Positions 38,362 to 49,625 of a DNA stretch of 64,000 bases are shown here, piece by piece (the stretch's first letter is position 1; each line of letters begins with the position of its first letter). Position numbers and translations under genes: made by a program. Below the pieces are notes generated by a model, which searched no databases, was not told the DNA's origin, and worked only from the letters and a program-made list of their open reading frames with translations. This stretch comes from an uncultured Thermoleophilia bacterium (lineage in GTDB: Bacteria > Actinomycetota > Thermoleophilia > UBA2241). Location: positions 245,346-309,345 of the forward strand of contig CAVQSP010000017.1 in assembly GCA_963715985.1 (NCBI GenBank). Reading direction: 5' to 3'.

Positions 38362-39707
38362 GCGCCACGGACGTCACCCACCTCCTGCCCGACGAGGCCG
38401 GCGGGTTGTGCTGGGAGCCGGCCGCCGAGACCATGCCCAGAGCGGACCTCGAGGCGCTGCAGCTGGAGCGCCTGCGCGCCACCCTGCAGAACGCCTCGGA
38501 CAACGTCCCGTTCTACCGCAAGAAGCTCGCGGCGGCCGGCATCTCGCCGGACGGGGTCGGCAGCCTCGGCGACGTCTCGAGCCTGCCGTTCACGACCAAG
38601 GTCGATCTGCGCGACCACTATCCCTTCGGCATGTTCGCGCGGCCGCGGGACCAGATCGTGCGCGTGCACGCCAGCTCCGGTACGACCGGCAACCCGACCA
38701 CGGTGGGCTACACGCGTGCCGACATCGCCACGTGGGGTCACCTCATCGCACGCACGCTGGCCGCCGGCGGCGTCGAACCCGGCGACCTGCTGCAGAACGC
38801 CTTCGGCTACGGGCTCTTCACCGGCGGCCTGGGCCTGCACTTCGGCGCCGAGCTCCTCGGTTGCACGGTGGTGCCGATCTCCGGCGGCAATACCGAGCGC
38901 CAGCTCAAGATCATGCGCGACTTCGGCGCCACCGCCCTCAGCTGCACGCCGTCCTACGCGATGTACCTCGCCGACGCGGCCCGCGACCGCGGCCTGCGCC
39001 CCGAGGACCTGCCCATCCGCGTGGCCTTCCTCGGGGCTGAGCCCTGGACCAACGAGCTGCGTCTGCAGATCGAGGCCGGCCTCGGCATCGACGCCCTGGA
39101 CATCTACGGGCTCTCCGAGATGGGCGGCCCCGGCGTCGCCTACGAGTGCCTCTGCAAGGCCGGCATGCACATCAACGAGGACCACTACCTGGCGGAGATC
39201 GTCGACCCCGACACGCTGCGCCCGCTGCCCGAGGGCGAGGTGGGCGAGCTCGTGTTCACCACGCTCACGCGCGAGGCCCAGCCGCTGATCCGCTACCGTA
39301 CCCGCGACCTCTGCACCCTGACCTCGGAGCCGTGCGCCTGCGGGCGCACGTCCGCGCGCATGGCCAAGCCCATCGGGCGCAGCGACGACATGCTCATCAT
39401 CCGCGGCGTCAACGTGTTCCCCAGCCAGATCGAAGAGGTGCTGATGGGGATCCCCGAGATCGAGCCGCACTACCAGATCGTCGTGGACCGCAAGGGGTAC
39501 CTGGACGTCATCGAAGTGTGGGTAGAGGTGGGCGAGGACATCTTCGCCGAGACCATGGGTGACCTCGAGCGCTTCCAGCGCAGCGTGCAGGCCAAGATCT
39601 ACAACGTGCTCAACATCCAGGTGGCCGTCAAGCTCAAGGAGCCGCGGGCGATCCAGCGCTCCGAGGGCAAGGCCGTCCGCGTCGTGGACCGGCGCGCGGC
39701 GCTGTAG
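38358..39707 (+). CDS. paaK: Phenylacetate-CoA ligase
   Basis: HASSGTTGNPT, YGLFTGGLG, DIYGLSE, IRYRTRD, GRSDDMLIIRGVNVFPSQIE. Confidence 0.93.
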   Translation: MSATDVTHLLPDEAGGLCWEPAAETMPRADLEALQLERLRATLQNASDNVPFYRKKLAAAGISPDGVGSLGDVSSLPFTTKVDLRDHYPFGMFARPRDQIVRVHASSGTTGNPTTVGYTRADIATWGHLIARTLAAGGVEPGDLLQNAFGYGLFTGGLGLHFGAELLGCTVVPISGGNTERQLKIMRDFGATALSCTPSYAMYLADAARDRGLRPEDLPIRVAFLGAEPWTNELRLQIEAGLGIDALDIYGLSEMGGPGVAYECLCKAGMHINEDHYLAEIVDPDTLRPLPEGEVGELVFTTLTREAQPLIRYRTRDLCTLTSEPCACGRTSARMAKPIGRSDDMLIIRGVNVFPSQIEEVLMGIPEIEPHYQIVVDRKGYLDVIEVWVEVGEDIFAETMGDLERFQRSVQAKIYNVLNIQVAVKLKEPRAIQRSEGKAVRVVDRRAAL

Positions 39708-39723
39708 CGCCCCTCCGGGTCGA

Positions 39724-39759
39724 GGGGCGGCGGTCCTGTGCGCCGGGGACCGCCGCCCC
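39724..39759 (+). terminator. Hairpin after paaK
   Basis: GGGGCGGCGGTCC-N10-GGACCGCCGCCCC followed by a pyrimidine tract. Confidence 0.6.
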
Positions 39760-39771
39760 GCCTCTCTTCTC

Positions 39772-40824
39772 ATGCCCCTGCCGCTCTGTACCGCCAGGCT
39801 CACCATCCGGCCGCTCGCGGCGGAGGACGCGAGCGACGTCTTCTCCGTCTACGGCGATCCGCTGGTCCTGCGGTTCTGGAACAGCGACCCGCTGGAGGAC
39901 GCCGCCGCGGCGGCCGCATGGGCGGCCGCGCAGGGCGCCTCGCACCAGAGCCGCGGCTTCGCCCAATGGCACGTGAGCGAGACGCCGGGCGGGCGGTTCA
40001 TCGGGTGCCTCGGACTGCAGCCGCTCGAAGCTGAGGTGGAGATCCTGTACGCGCTGGTGACCGGCGCCTGGGGTTGCGGCTACGCCACCGAGGCCGGGCT
40101 GGCCGCGCTCGAGTACGGCCTCGCCGAGGCGGGCCTCGAGCGCGTCGTCGGCATCGCCCGCGAGGCCAACGAGGCGTCCGTGCGCGTGCTGCGAAAGCTC
40201 GGCATGCGCTCGCTCGGCCGCGCCGAGTACTGGGGCGGCGAGTGGGCCAAGTACGAGCTGACGGCCGAGGCGTGGCGCGCGGAGCGGGAGGCCGCCACCC
40301 CGCCGCTGCACTGTGGCCGGCTCGATCTGAGGCGCCTCTCCGGCGCCGATCACGAGGCGCTGGCCGGCGTCTTCGGCGACCCCGAGGTCATGCGCTTCGT
40401 CGGCGTCGGGCGGCGACCGCTGGACGACGCCGCGGTCGCTGCCGCTCTGGTCCGTGCGGAAGAGCACTGGGACGAGCGCGGGTTCGGCCCGCTGGCTGTG
40501 GTCGAGCGCGAGTCTGGGAGTCTGGTCGGCGAGGCGGGTCTGCAGCTGCTCGAGGGCGGGCCGGACGTGGAGCTCACCTTCACGTTCGCGCGCGCCGCCT
40601 GGGGTCGCGGGTACGCGACTGAGGCGGCGCGCGCCGTCCTGCTGTGGGGGTTCGCGGGGCTGCACCTGCCGCGCATCGTCGCCGTCGCGCATCCCTCGCA
40701 TGCGGCCTCGCTGCGCGTCATGCACAAGCTTGGGATGACGCCTCAGGGCGGCCGCGAGTGCTACGGGGCCCGGCTCGACGAGTGCGCGCTGACCCTGGGC
40801 GAGTGGCGCGCCGCGACGGCGTGA
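39772..40824 (+). CDS. Tandem-domain GNAT acetyltransferase (RimJ/RimL-like)
   Basis: Two repeats each with WG-x-GYATEA and AS-x-RV-x-x-KLGM. Confidence 0.88.
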   Translation: MPLPLCTARLTIRPLAAEDASDVFSVYGDPLVLRFWNSDPLEDAAAAAAWAAAQGASHQSRGFAQWHVSETPGGRFIGCLGLQPLEAEVEILYALVTGAWGCGYATEAGLAALEYGLAEAGLERVVGIAREANEASVRVLRKLGMRSLGRAEYWGGEWAKYELTAEAWRAEREAATPPLHCGRLDLRRLSGADHEALAGVFGDPEVMRFVGVGRRPLDDAAVAAALVRAEEHWDERGFGPLAVVERESGSLVGEAGLQLLEGGPDVELTFTFARAAWGRGYATEAARAVLLWGFAGLHLPRIVAVAHPSHAASLRVMHKLGMTPQGGRECYGARLDECALTLGEWRAATA

Positions 40825-41031
40825 CTGTCGGGCGCCGCCGAGGAGCTGCCCGCGGTAGCGGCGCGGCACTTCTTCGGCGGCCGCGGACCGGCGCGCGCCT
40901 CGCCCCTCGTAAGGGGTCGTTCTCTGCGGCTGGTATGATTGTGCGCGGCGCCTCGCTCGAGGCGCAGCGGATAGACACGTCGAACGTCGTCGCGGGTGAT
41001 TCCAGCGGCGGCATCCAGGAGGTCACACGCC

Positions 41032-41871
41032 ATGTCTTGGGGACTTGAGAACCGGCTCGCGCGCATCATCCGTCCTGAGACCGGCCGCACCGTGATGCTG
41101 GCCATCGACCACGGCTACTTCCTCGGCCCCACCAAGGGTCTCGAGTGCCCCTCTACCATGTGCACGCCTCTCGTGCCCGGCGCCGACACGCTCATGCTCA
41201 CGCGCGGCGTGCTGCGCAACTGCATCCCATCGAGCACCGGCACGCCCATCGTGCTGCGCGTCTCCGGCGGCACGAGCGTGCTGCAGGAGGACCTCTCCGA
41301 CGAGACCATCATCACCTCCGTGGAGGAGTGCATCCGGCTCAACGCCGTGGGCATGGCGCTCTCGGTCTTCGTCGGAGCGCCGCATCAGCACCAGAGCATC
41401 GCCAATCTCGCCAGACTCGTCGACGAGGGCGAGCGCTACGGCATCCCGGTGGTGGCCGTGACGGCGGTGGGCAAGGACATGGGCCGGGACGCCCGCTACC
41501 TCTCCCTCGCCAGCCGCATCTGCGCGGAGATGGGGGCTCACATCGTGAAGACCTACTACTGTGAGGACTTCGAGAAGGTCAGCTCCACGTGCCCGGTCCC
41601 CGTCGTCGTGGCGGGCGGCAAGAAGCTCCCCGAGCTCGAGGCCCTGCAGCTCACGGCCAACGCGATCGCCGGCGGCGCCGTCGGCGTCGACATGGGGCGC
41701 AACATCTTCCAGGCCACCTCGCCCGTCGCCATGATCCAGGCCGTCCGCGCCGTGGTGCACCACGGCGCCACTGCGCAAGAGGCCTACGACATCTACAGCG
41801 AGCAGATGGAGGTCCAGGGCGCGGCCGTCGTCATGGCGGGCGCGGCGCTGGACGACGAGCGCAAGATCTAG
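41032..41871 (+). CDS. lsrF: LsrF-like class I aldolase/thiolase
   Basis: MSWGLENRL, MLAIDHGYFLGPT, VKTYY, AGGKK, GVDMGRNIFQ; AGGAGG RBS. Confidence 0.8.
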   Translation: MSWGLENRLARIIRPETGRTVMLAIDHGYFLGPTKGLECPSTMCTPLVPGADTLMLTRGVLRNCIPSSTGTPIVLRVSGGTSVLQEDLSDETIITSVEECIRLNAVGMALSVFVGAPHQHQSIANLARLVDEGERYGIPVVAVTAVGKDMGRDARYLSLASRICAEMGAHIVKTYYCEDFEKVSSTCPVPVVVAGGKKLPELEALQLTANAIAGGAVGVDMGRNIFQATSPVAMIQAVRAVVHHGATAQEAYDIYSEQMEVQGAAVVMAGAALDDERKI

Positions 41872-41884
41872 GTCGGGCTCAGCG

Positions 41885-42910
41885 GTGCGCGTCGCGGTCT
41901 ACCACAGCAACTCGGACATCCGCCTCGAAGAGAGGCCGGTCCCCGCCATCGGCCCGGCCGAGATCCTCGTGCGCATCAGGGCATCGGGCATCTGCGGCTC
42001 GGACGTCATGGAGTGGTACCGCATGCCCAAGGCGCCGCTCGTGCTGGGCCACGAGGTGGCCGGCGAGATCGCGCAGGTCGGAGAGGACGTCGCTCACCTC
42101 TCCGTCGGCCAGCGCGTCGTGGTCTCCCACCACGTGCCGTGCAACACGTGCGCGCTCTGTCTCGACGGCGCGCACACCGCCTGCCACACCCTGCACACCA
42201 CCAACTTCGACCCCGGCGGATTCTCCGAGTACGTCAGGGTGCCCGCCCTGCAGACGGATCGCGGTGTGCTGGTGCTGCCGGACGGGGTGAGCTTCGAGGA
42301 GGGTACGTTCGTGGAGCCGCTGGGCTGCGTGGTGCGCGCCCAGGAGCGCGCCGGCATACGACCCGGCTCCACGGTGCTCGTCGTCGGCAGCGGCATCTCG
42401 GGTCTGTTGCAGGTCAGGCTGGCGTTCGCGCTGGGCGCCGGGCGGGTGGTGGCCACGGACGTGAGCGACTACCGGCTGGGGTTCGCCCGTCGCTCGGGCG
42501 CCATCACCTTCGACGCCGTGGGGGCGGGGGATGGACTGCCCGACATGGTGCGGGGCGTCAACGACGGCCGCCTGGCCGACATGGTCATCCTCTGCACCAG
42601 CGCCCTGCCGGCCATCGCGCAGGGGCTGGCCTGCCTGGAGTCCGGGGCCACGTTCATCTTCTTCGCGCCGCCCCCGCCCGGCGAGCCGCTGGCGCTACCG
42701 ATGACGGAGCTGTGGCGGCGCGAGGTCACCGTGCGCACGTCGTACGGGGCGGCGCCCGCCAACCTCGCGACCGCGCTGCGTCTCATCGCCAGCCGCAGGG
42801 TCGCCGTCGCCGATCTGGTCACTCATCGCCTCCCGCTGGACGACGTCGAGCGCGGGTTCGCGCTCGTGGCCGGCGCGGATGAGTCGGTCAAGGTCGTGAT
42901 CGAGCCGTAG
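41885..42910 (+). CDS. Zinc-dependent dehydrogenase (MDR, polyol/threonine DH-like)
   Basis: GICGSD, LGHE, CNTCALC..C, EPLGC, GSGISG. Confidence 0.9.
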   Translation: MRVAVYHSNSDIRLEERPVPAIGPAEILVRIRASGICGSDVMEWYRMPKAPLVLGHEVAGEIAQVGEDVAHLSVGQRVVVSHHVPCNTCALCLDGAHTACHTLHTTNFDPGGFSEYVRVPALQTDRGVLVLPDGVSFEEGTFVEPLGCVVRAQERAGIRPGSTVLVVGSGISGLLQVRLAFALGAGRVVATDVSDYRLGFARRSGAITFDAVGAGDGLPDMVRGVNDGRLADMVILCTSALPAIAQGLACLESGATFIFFAPPPPGEPLALPMTELWRREVTVRTSYGAAPANLATALRLIASRRVAVADLVTHRLPLDDVERGFALVAGADESVKVVIEP

Positions 42911-43058
42911 CGTCCCGTTTGGCCGCGCCCGGCTCGCTGCGGGCAGGACGGCGCGCGCTGCAGGACGACGATCGCTCGTGAGCGGTGTGCCTGGTCTGCG
43001 ACATCCGAGCCGGTTCCCCAGCTCGTTGGCGCCCCGCTCGCTGTGGTGCCTGCGGCCG

Positions 43059-45314
43059 CTAGCGGCCGGCGAGGCCGGCGAGCCAGGAGACCGCCACGCC
43101 GGCCAGTCCCGTGGAGCCGTCCCCGGTGCCGCGCCCGACGTCCGCTCCGGCCGCGGGCCTCGTCTTGGGAGGAGCCGACGCCGGCGTGGCCGTCGGCGTG
43201 GGCTGCGGCGTGGTGGGTTGAGGCGCCGGCGTGGTGGGCGTGGGCTTGGGCGTGGTGGGCTTGGGCGTGGGCTGCACCGTCGGCGCGATCGTCTGTGTCG
43301 GTCCGGGCGACGGTGTGCCGCTGGTGCTCGCCGAGGGCGAGGCCGACGGCGACATGGCCTGCATCGTGCCGTGCCAGGCGCTGAACGTCCACGGCACGAC
43401 GACGAAGGCCGGGTGCTTCTGGTCCTTCAGGGCGGCGGCGTAGAACTTGGCCCACATGGGGGCGCAGTACGTACCGCCGTAGGCGCCGTTCATGGGCGAG
43501 TTCTTCTCCGCGTCGCCCATCCACACGGCGGCCGCCAGATTGGGCGTGTAGCCGACGTACCAGACGTCCCAGCCGTTCTCCGTGGTGCCCGTCTTGCCGG
43601 CGCGGGGGTACGGGAAGTACGACCCGGTCGCCGATCCGGTACCGCCGGAGGCCACGCGCTCCAGGCACTGCGTGACCACGCTGGCCACGCCGGCAGGGAT
43701 GGCGCGACGCCCCTTGGTCTTGGGCTTCCAGTCGACGCGGCCGTTGGGCAGGACGACCTTGACGATGGCCTGCGGCCTGTGGTGGATGCCCCCGGCCGCG
43801 AGCGTGGCGTACGCGTCGGCCATCTCCAGGGGCGTGACGCCCGAGGTGCCGAGCGTGATGGACGGTACCGCCTGGAGCGGGCTGGTGATGCCCATCTTGT
43901 GGGCCGTGACGACGGTGTTCTCGGGGTCGACGTCCACGCTGAGCTGGGCGAAGACGACGTTGTCCGAGATCGTGGTGGCGGCCGACACACTCTCGGGGCC
44001 GCCCGGCCCGTCGCCGTTGACGACCCAGGGCTCGGCGTAGGCGCCCATCGGGATGATGATGGGGCTGGCGGACGAGTAATACGTGGTGTCGGGGTTCATG
44101 CCCTGGAGCACGCCGGTGGTGAGCACGAACGGCTTCATCGACGACCCCGGCTGGCGGCGTGCCTGCCAGGCCAGGTTGAACTTCTGCGTCTTGTAGTCGA
44201 GGCCGCCGACCATGGTGCGGATGTAGCCGTTCCTGGGGTCGATGGCCACGAGGGCGGCGGAGGGCTTGAAGCCGAAGTCCAGCGGCCCGGTGGTGCTCTT
44301 GATGATGTCGGTGGCCTGGCGCTGCCACTCCATGTCGATGCTCGTGTAGACCTTGAGGCCGCCCTCGAACACCTGCCGCGAGCCGTACCGCTTGGTGAGC
44401 ACGCGCGTGACGTAGTCGGTGAAGTAGTCGGCGAGACTGTTGTTGGGGTTCATGGGGTGCTTGTACACGCCGATCGCCTTCTTGCTCACGGTGGCGGCGC
44501 GCTCCTGGGTGATGTAGCCCTGGTCCGCCATCACCTGCAACACGAGGTTGCGCCGCTCCTTGGCCAGCTTGGGATCGGTGGTGGGTGCGTACTCGGTGGG
44601 GAACTTGGGCAGCGCCGCAAGCAGGGCGGAGTCCTGCAGATTGAGGTCCTTGGCGTGCTTGTGGAAGTAGGTGAGCGCTGCCGCCTCCACCCCGTAGGCT
44701 CCGGCCCCGTAGTACACGGTGTTGAGATACTCGGTGAGGATCTTGTCCTTGGACCAGTGGTCCTCGAGCTCCCAGGCGAGCACCGCCTCGCGGATCTTGC
44801 GCGTGTACGTGCGCTCGTTGCCGACGTAGGCGTTCTTGACGTACTGCTCGGTGATGGTGGAGCCGCCCTGCACCACCGTGCCGGCGCGGAGGTTCAAGAG
44901 CATGGCGCGCGCAACGCCCTGGAAGTCGACGCCGTGGTGCTCGTAGAAGCGCTCGTCCTCCACGGCGACCGTGGCCTGCTTCATGACCGCGGGGATGTCG
45001 GCGCTGGAAACGAGCACGCGGTTCTCCGCGCCGTGCAGCTCGGCGATGAGGACGCCGTGCCGGTCGTAGATGGTGGTGTTGATCGCGTTGGGCCGTCTCT
45101 GCAGCTCGGCCAGCGTGGGCAGGTTGCGGGAGAGGGCGAAGATGGCGCCTGCCGCCACGCCGAACCCGGCGATCATGAGCAGCAGGACGACGACCGCCGT
45201 GATCTTCAGCCAGAGGTACTTGCGCTTCTTGCGGGAGGCGGTCTTCTGGCGTCGTTGACGGCTGCGGCGGGGGACGTCCTCGGGCGCGGTGCGGTAGCGG
45301 GTGTAGTCAGCCAT
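43059..45314 (-). CDS. Class A penicillin-binding protein (PBP1A family)
   Basis: EDERFYEHHGVD, QGGSTITEQ, RKIRE, SSMK, SDN, KTGT; P/T-rich tail. Confidence 0.95.
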   Translation of the reverse strand: MADYTRYRTAPEDVPRRSRQRRQKTASRKKRKYLWLKITAVVVLLLMIAGFGVAAGAIFALSRNLPTLAELQRRPNAINTTIYDRHGVLIAELHGAENRVLVSSADIPAVMKQATVAVEDERFYEHHGVDFQGVARAMLLNLRAGTVVQGGSTITEQYVKNAYVGNERTYTRKIREAVLAWELEDHWSKDKILTEYLNTVYYGAGAYGVEAAALTYFHKHAKDLNLQDSALLAALPKFPTEYAPTTDPKLAKERRNLVLQVMADQGYITQERAATVSKKAIGVYKHPMNPNNSLADYFTDYVTRVLTKRYGSRQVFEGGLKVYTSIDMEWQRQATDIIKSTTGPLDFGFKPSAALVAIDPRNGYIRTMVGGLDYKTQKFNLAWQARRQPGSSMKPFVLTTGVLQGMNPDTTYYSSASPIIIPMGAYAEPWVVNGDGPGGPESVSAATTISDNVVFAQLSVDVDPENTVVTAHKMGITSPLQAVPSITLGTSGVTPLEMADAYATLAAGGIHHRPQAIVKVVLPNGRVDWKPKTKGRRAIPAGVASVVTQCLERVASGGTGSATGSYFPYPRAGKTGTTENGWDVWYVGYTPNLAAAVWMGDAEKNSPMNGAYGGTYCAPMWAKFYAAALKDQKHPAFVVVPWTFSAWHGTMQAMSPSASPSASTSGTPSPGPTQTIAPTVQPTPKPTTPKPTPTTPAPQPTTPQPTPTATPASAPPKTRPAAGADVGRGTGDGSTGLAGVAVSWLAGLAGR

Positions 45315-45361
45315 GGCTCTTCATTCTACTCGACGAGGGACGCGCGGGACGCGCGGCCGGT

Positions 45362-46159
45362 TCAGGCGGGCGCGCGGCTGAGGTCGTCGTCGCCTGCATC
45401 TTCGCCGCGCGGACGCGATTCCTTCTTGGGCTGGACCATGCGGGCCAGCGGGATGGAGATCTCGTACAGCACGACGAGCGGGATGAACATGGCGAGCATG
45501 GAGAAGGCGTCCTGGCTGGGCGTGATGACGGCTGCCACGATGGCGCAGATGATGATGGCCCAGCGGCGGTTCTTCTTGAGGAACTTGTCGTCGATCACGC
45601 CCACCTTGGCGAGGAGCACGAGGATGACGGGCATCTCGAACACCGCCCCGAACGCGAGGATGAACAGGGCGACGAACGTGAAGTAGTCGCTGGCCCGGTT
45701 CTGGATGTTGAAGCTGCCGGCGTTGAACCCCAGCAGGAACTGGAGGCCCTTGGGCAGCACGATCAGGTAGCCGAAGGCCACGCCGCCGAGGAAGAGCGCG
45801 GTGGTGGAGATGACGATGGGGTAGAAGTACTTCTTCTCGGTGGACGTGAAGGCCGGTCCCACGTAGGCCCACAACTGCCAGATGAGGAACGGCGAGGCCA
45901 TGAGGATGCCGGCCACCACCCACACCTTGAGGCTGATCATGAAGGGCTCGGTGGGGCTGAACGTGGTGATCTTGTAGGCGGCCGGATCGAGGTTGGGCAC
46001 CTGCTGCAGGGGATACAGCAGCAGGTCGAAGAGGCGGCTGCTGAAGATGGCCGCGATGAGCACCCCGATGGCGAGCGCGATGACCGACCACATGATGCGC
46101 CCGCGCAGCTCGTCGAGGTGCTCGTAGAGGCTGAGGCGCTCCTCGGGTGAGACGGGCAT
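45362..46159 (-). CDS. tatC: Twin-arginine translocase TatC
   Basis: HLDELRGR, P-x-[19 protein letters not shown]. Confidence 0.95.
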   Translation of the reverse strand: MPVSPEERLSLYEHLDELRGRIMWSVIALAIGVLIAAIFSSRLFDLLLYPLQQVPNLDPAAYKITTFSPTEPFMISLKVWVVAGILMASPFLIWQLWAYVGPAFTSTEKKYFYPIVISTTALFLGGVAFGYLIVLPKGLQFLLGFNAGSFNIQNRASDYFTFVALFILAFGAVFEMPVILVLLAKVGVIDDKFLKKNRRWAIIICAIVAAVITPSQDAFSMLAMFIPLVVLYEISIPLARMVQPKKESRPRGEDAGDDDLSRAPA

Positions 46160-46162
46160 GGG

Positions 46163-46720
46163 CTACGCGTCCAGGCCGGCAGCCGGTGCGGCCGCGCCGG
46201 CGGGCTCGGCGCCCGCGGTCACGGCGCCGTCCGGCGTCTCGTCGCCATCGGCGGCGGCCGCGGCGCTGGTGGACGGCGCCGTCGGGGCGGCCACGCCCTG
46301 CGGCCAGCCGTCGTCCTCATCCGCCGCGGGCGCCACCTGGACGGGCTTGTCGACGGCTGCGGCGGCGCCGGAGGCGGCCGCGCCGCCGATGACGGTCTTC
46401 GCCATCGACAGGGGGTTCTTGAGGTCGATGGCCATGCCCGTCTTGATGGCGCTCATCGCCTGCGTGGCGCCGGTGCCCTTGAGCTCGTCGCTGACGCCGT
46501 CCTTGACGCTGTTGAAGTCGCCGGCGATGGAGTCCTTGACGCCCTTGAACTCGTCGATGACCTCGTCGAGGCCGAGCTCGGACCGGGCCGAGTCGGTGGC
46601 GCGCCTGAACTCGCGCACGGCGCGCCCCAGGTTGCGGCCGGCCTGCGGCAGCCGGTTGGGCCCGAACACCAGCAGGGCGATGACGAGCACGAGCACGATC
46701 TCCAGGGGGCCGACGCTCAC
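46163..46720 (-). CDS. TatA/TatB family subunit with long acidic tail
   Basis: [22 protein letters not shown]...GRAVREFRR; directly upstream of tatC (TatB-like). Confidence 0.88.
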   Translation of the reverse strand: MSVGPLEIVLVLVIALLVFGPNRLPQAGRNLGRAVREFRRATDSARSELGLDEVIDEFKGVKDSIAGDFNSVKDGVSDELKGTGATQAMSAIKTGMAIDLKNPLSMAKTVIGGAAASGAAAAVDKPVQVAPAADEDDGWPQGVAAPTAPSTSAAAAADGDETPDGAVTAGAEPAGAAAPAAGLDA

Positions 46721-46857
46721 GGGAGGGGTACCTCGAGTCGAGGGGTATAGAGCCTCTTCAATCTTAGGGGGGCCGGGGACTACGGTCAACGCGGCCCCTC
46801 GCGCGCGTGGGGAAGCCTACGGCAGCGGGCGGCAGCGGTCCCGGGACGAGCGAGGAA

Positions 46858-46940
46858 ATCCCTGCAAACCACGTATGAGGCAGGGATACCCCCGGCGGTT
46901 CCTGCGGCAGTTGCGTGGCGCGTTTGCGGTTTGGTATAGT
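46858..46940 (+). promoter_or_regulatory. nuo operon promoter region
   Basis: TTGCGT-N18-TATAGT with TGn extension (46911-46940); upstream inverted repeat ATCCCTGC-N14-GCAGGGAT. Confidence 0.5.
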
Positions 46941-46992
46941 GCGCCCCGACGCCGAGCCCGGACCGACCGGAGCCCAGGCGTCTCACTCTCAC

Positions 46993-47361
46993 ATGATCGC
47001 TGCATACATCACGGACTGGGTCTACGTGTGGCTCTTCATCGTCGCCGGCGGTGCGCTGGTGTGCGTCATCCTGCTGTTCTCCAAGCTCATCAACCCCAGT
47101 CATCCGACGGCCGAGAAGCTCGCCACGTACGAGTGCGGCATCCCCCCGGTGGGCAATCCGTGGGCGCCGTTCGCCGTGCGCTACTACGTGTTCGGGCTCC
47201 TGTTCCTGGTCTTCGACGTGGAGGCCGTGTTCCTGTTCCCGTGGGCGCTGGTGTTCCGCTCGCTGGGCACCTCGGGGTTCATCGAGATGCTGCTGTTCAT
47301 CGCGGTGCTGGGCGTCGGCCTGCTGTACGCCTGGCGCAAGGGGGCTCTCGAGTGGGCGTGA
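46993..47361 (+). CDS. nuoA: Complex I subunit A
   Basis: [25 protein letters not shown]. Confidence 0.95.
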   Translation: MIAAYITDWVYVWLFIVAGGALVCVILLFSKLINPSHPTAEKLATYECGIPPVGNPWAPFAVRYYVFGLLFLVFDVEAVFLFPWALVFRSLGTSGFIEMLLFIAVLGVGLLYAWRKGALEWA

Positions 47362-47921
47362 ACGACGGCGAACAGAGCCGCATCAAGGCCATGCGGTACC
47401 CCAAGCTCGAGCACTTCAACAAGCCCAACGTCATCACCACCACCGCCGACTTCATCTTCAGCTGGGCGCGCTCGCATTCGGTGTTCCCGTTCACGTACGG
47501 TCTCGCCTGCTGCGCCATCGAGATGCTCAGCTCGGGCTTCGCGCGCTACGACGTGGCCCGGTACGGCATGGAGGTGTTCCGGCCCACGCCTCGCCAGTGC
47601 GACCTCATGATCGTCGCCGGCACCTGCAACGAGAAGATGGCGCCGGTGCTCAAGCGCCTGTACGACCAGATGTCGGAGCCCAAGTGGGTCATCAGCATGG
47701 GCGCCTGCGCCACCAGCGGCGGTCCGTTCTACGACAGCTACAACGTGGTCAACGGCGTGGACAAGATCGTGCCCGTGGACGTCTACATCCCGGGCTGTCC
47801 GCCCCGCCCCGAGGCGCTCTTCCAGGGCCTGCTCGAGCTGCAGGGCAAGATCCAGCGGTTCAAGTTCGTGCCCGAGGCGCCGGAGCTCGAGGCTGAGGCT
47901 CCGGCGGGGAAGAAGGACTGA
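47358..47921 (+). CDS. nuoB: Complex I subunit B
   Basis: [24 protein letters not shown]. Confidence 0.95.
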   Translation: MNDGEQSRIKAMRYPKLEHFNKPNVITTTADFIFSWARSHSVFPFTYGLACCAIEMLSSGFARYDVARYGMEVFRPTPRQCDLMIVAGTCNEKMAPVLKRLYDQMSEPKWVISMGACATSGGPFYDSYNVVNGVDKIVPVDVYIPGCPPRPEALFQGLLELQGKIQRFKFVPEAPELEAEAPAGKKD

Positions 47922-47923
47922 CC

Positions 47924-48418
47924 GTGCCCCTCGAGGTCGGCACCAACCCCATGAGCATGGACGCCATCGCCGCGCGGCTCGTCGCCGACTTCGCCGGCGA
48001 GCTGCAGGACGTGCGGGTGCAGGAGCCGGACACCGTCGTGGCGCGTTGTCCGCGCGCGTCGCTCAAGGCCGTGGCGCGGCGCCTCAAGGAGCACGCTGAG
48101 ATCGGCTATCAGACGCTCAACTTCGTCGCCGGCGTGGACCGGGTCACTCACCTGGAGAGCGTGTACCACGTGTATTCCTGGAAGACCAACACGTGGCTGC
48201 AGTTGTCTGTCGAGGTCCCGCTGGACCCCGCCGAGGTCGACACCGTGACCGACGTCTGGCCGGCCGCCGACTGGCACGAGCGCGAGTCGTGGGACATGGT
48301 CGGCATCGTGTACGTGGGGCATCCCGACCTGCGTCGCATCCTTCTCAAGGACGACTTCATCGGTCACCCGTTGCGCAAGGACTACGTCGACTCGGTGGAG
48401 AACCACCCGCATGTTTGA
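47924..48418 (+). CDS. nuoC: Complex I subunit C
   Basis: [12 protein letters not shown]...GHPDLRRIL...GHPLRKD. Confidence 0.93.
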   Translation: MPLEVGTNPMSMDAIAARLVADFAGELQDVRVQEPDTVVARCPRASLKAVARRLKEHAEIGYQTLNFVAGVDRVTHLESVYHVYSWKTNTWLQLSVEVPLDPAEVDTVTDVWPAADWHERESWDMVGIVYVGHPDLRRILLKDDFIGHPLRKDYVDSVENHPHV

Positions 48419-49625
48419 CCAGTTCGCCACCGCCGAGCCGGACGAGGCCGTGAAGCTCGCCCTTCGGCGCATCGAAGAGTCCAACGCGCGCGGCGAGGGC
48501 TCGAACGTCGAGGGCCTCGCCTTCAACGAGGTCGTCGTCAACATGGGCCCGCAGCACCCCTCCACGCACGGCGTGCTGCGCCTCGTGGTCACACTCGACG
48601 GCGAGCTCATCAAGGACGTCATCCCGGTGATCGGCTACCTGCACCGCTCCAAGGAGAAGCTCGCCGAGAAGCGCACCTACTTCCAGTACATCCCCATCAT
48701 CGACCGCACGGAGTACCTCGCCAGCATCAACTGCGAGTGGGGCTACGTCCTCGCCGTCGAGAAGCTCATGGGCATCCGGCCCACGCGGCGGGCGGAGTTC
48801 ATCCGCGTCATCAGCGGCGAGCTCATGCGCATCGCCAGCCACCTGGTCGCCGTCGGCACCTTCACCGCCGACCTCGCACCGCTGGGCACGGCCATGGTCT
48901 TCTACATGTTCCGCGACCGCGAGAAGATCCTCGACCTGCTCGAGTCGCTCAGCGGCGGGCGCATGATGTTCAACTACTTCCGCTTCGGCGGCGTGCGCTA
49001 CGACCTGCCCGACGGCTGGGTCGAGCAGTGCCGCGACGTCATGAAGAAGATGCCCAAGCTCATCGACGAGTACGAGTCGCTGGTCGACACCAACGCGATC
49101 TTCATGCAGCGCTGCATGGGCAAGGGCGTCATCACCCAGCAGGACGTCATGGACTACGGCATCACCGGGCCCAACGCGCGCGCCTCCGGCGTCGCCCTGG
49201 ACCTGCGGCGCACGCGCCCGTACTCCGTGTATCCGGAGCTCGACTTCGAGGTCTGCACCTTGCCGCACGGCGACGTCTTCGACCGCTACAAGGTGCGCAT
49301 GAACGAGATGCGCGAGTCGGTGAAGATCGTGGAGCAGTGCCTGGACATGCTGCCGCGCGGCCCGGTGCAGCTGGGCTCGCTGCGCGCGCCCTACGTCATC
49401 ACGCCGCCGCCGGGCGCCGTGTACGTGGGCCAGGAGAACCCGCGCGGCGAGTACGGCACCTACATCGAGAGCGACGGGTCGCGGTACCCGTACCGGCTCA
49501 AGTTCCGCGACCCCTGCTTCTGCAACCTGCAGCTCTTCCCCAAGATCCTCACCGGCATCAAGATCGCCGACGCCATCGCCGTGTCCGGCAGCATCGACCT
49601 CGTGCTGGGAGGGATCGACCGCTAG
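48411..49625 (+). CDS. nuoD: Complex I subunit D (quinone-site type, no NiFe CxxC motifs)
   Basis: [32 protein letters not shown]-terminal GGIDR. Confidence 0.95.
   Translation: MFDQFATAEPDEAVKLALRRIEESNARGEGSNVEGLAFNEVVVNMGPQHPSTHGVLRLVVTLDGELIKDVIPVIGYLHRSKEKLAEKRTYFQYIPIIDRTEYLASINCEWGYVLAVEKLMGIRPTRRAEFIRVISGELMRIASHLVAVGTFTADLAPLGTAMVFYMFRDREKILDLLESLSGGRMMFNYFRFGGVRYDLPDGWVEQCRDVMKKMPKLIDEYESLVDTNAIFMQRCMGKGVITQQDVMDYGITGPNARASGVALDLRRTRPYSVYPELDFEVCTLPHGDVFDRYKVRMNEMRESVKIVEQCLDMLPRGPVQLGSLRAPYVITPPPGAVYVGQENPRGEYGTYIESDGSRYPYRLKFRDPCFCNLQLFPKILTGIKIADAIAVSGSIDLVLGGIDR

Noticed and set aside
43180-43290. DNA repeat (GGCGTGGG runs) in the PBP gene
   Set aside because: It encodes the Pro/Thr-rich linker common at class A PBP C-termini
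48411-49625. Group 4 NiFe-hydrogenase or sulfane reductase large subunit
   Set aside because: No N- or C-terminal CxxC ligands; complex I quinone-site motifs and GGIDR terminus are present
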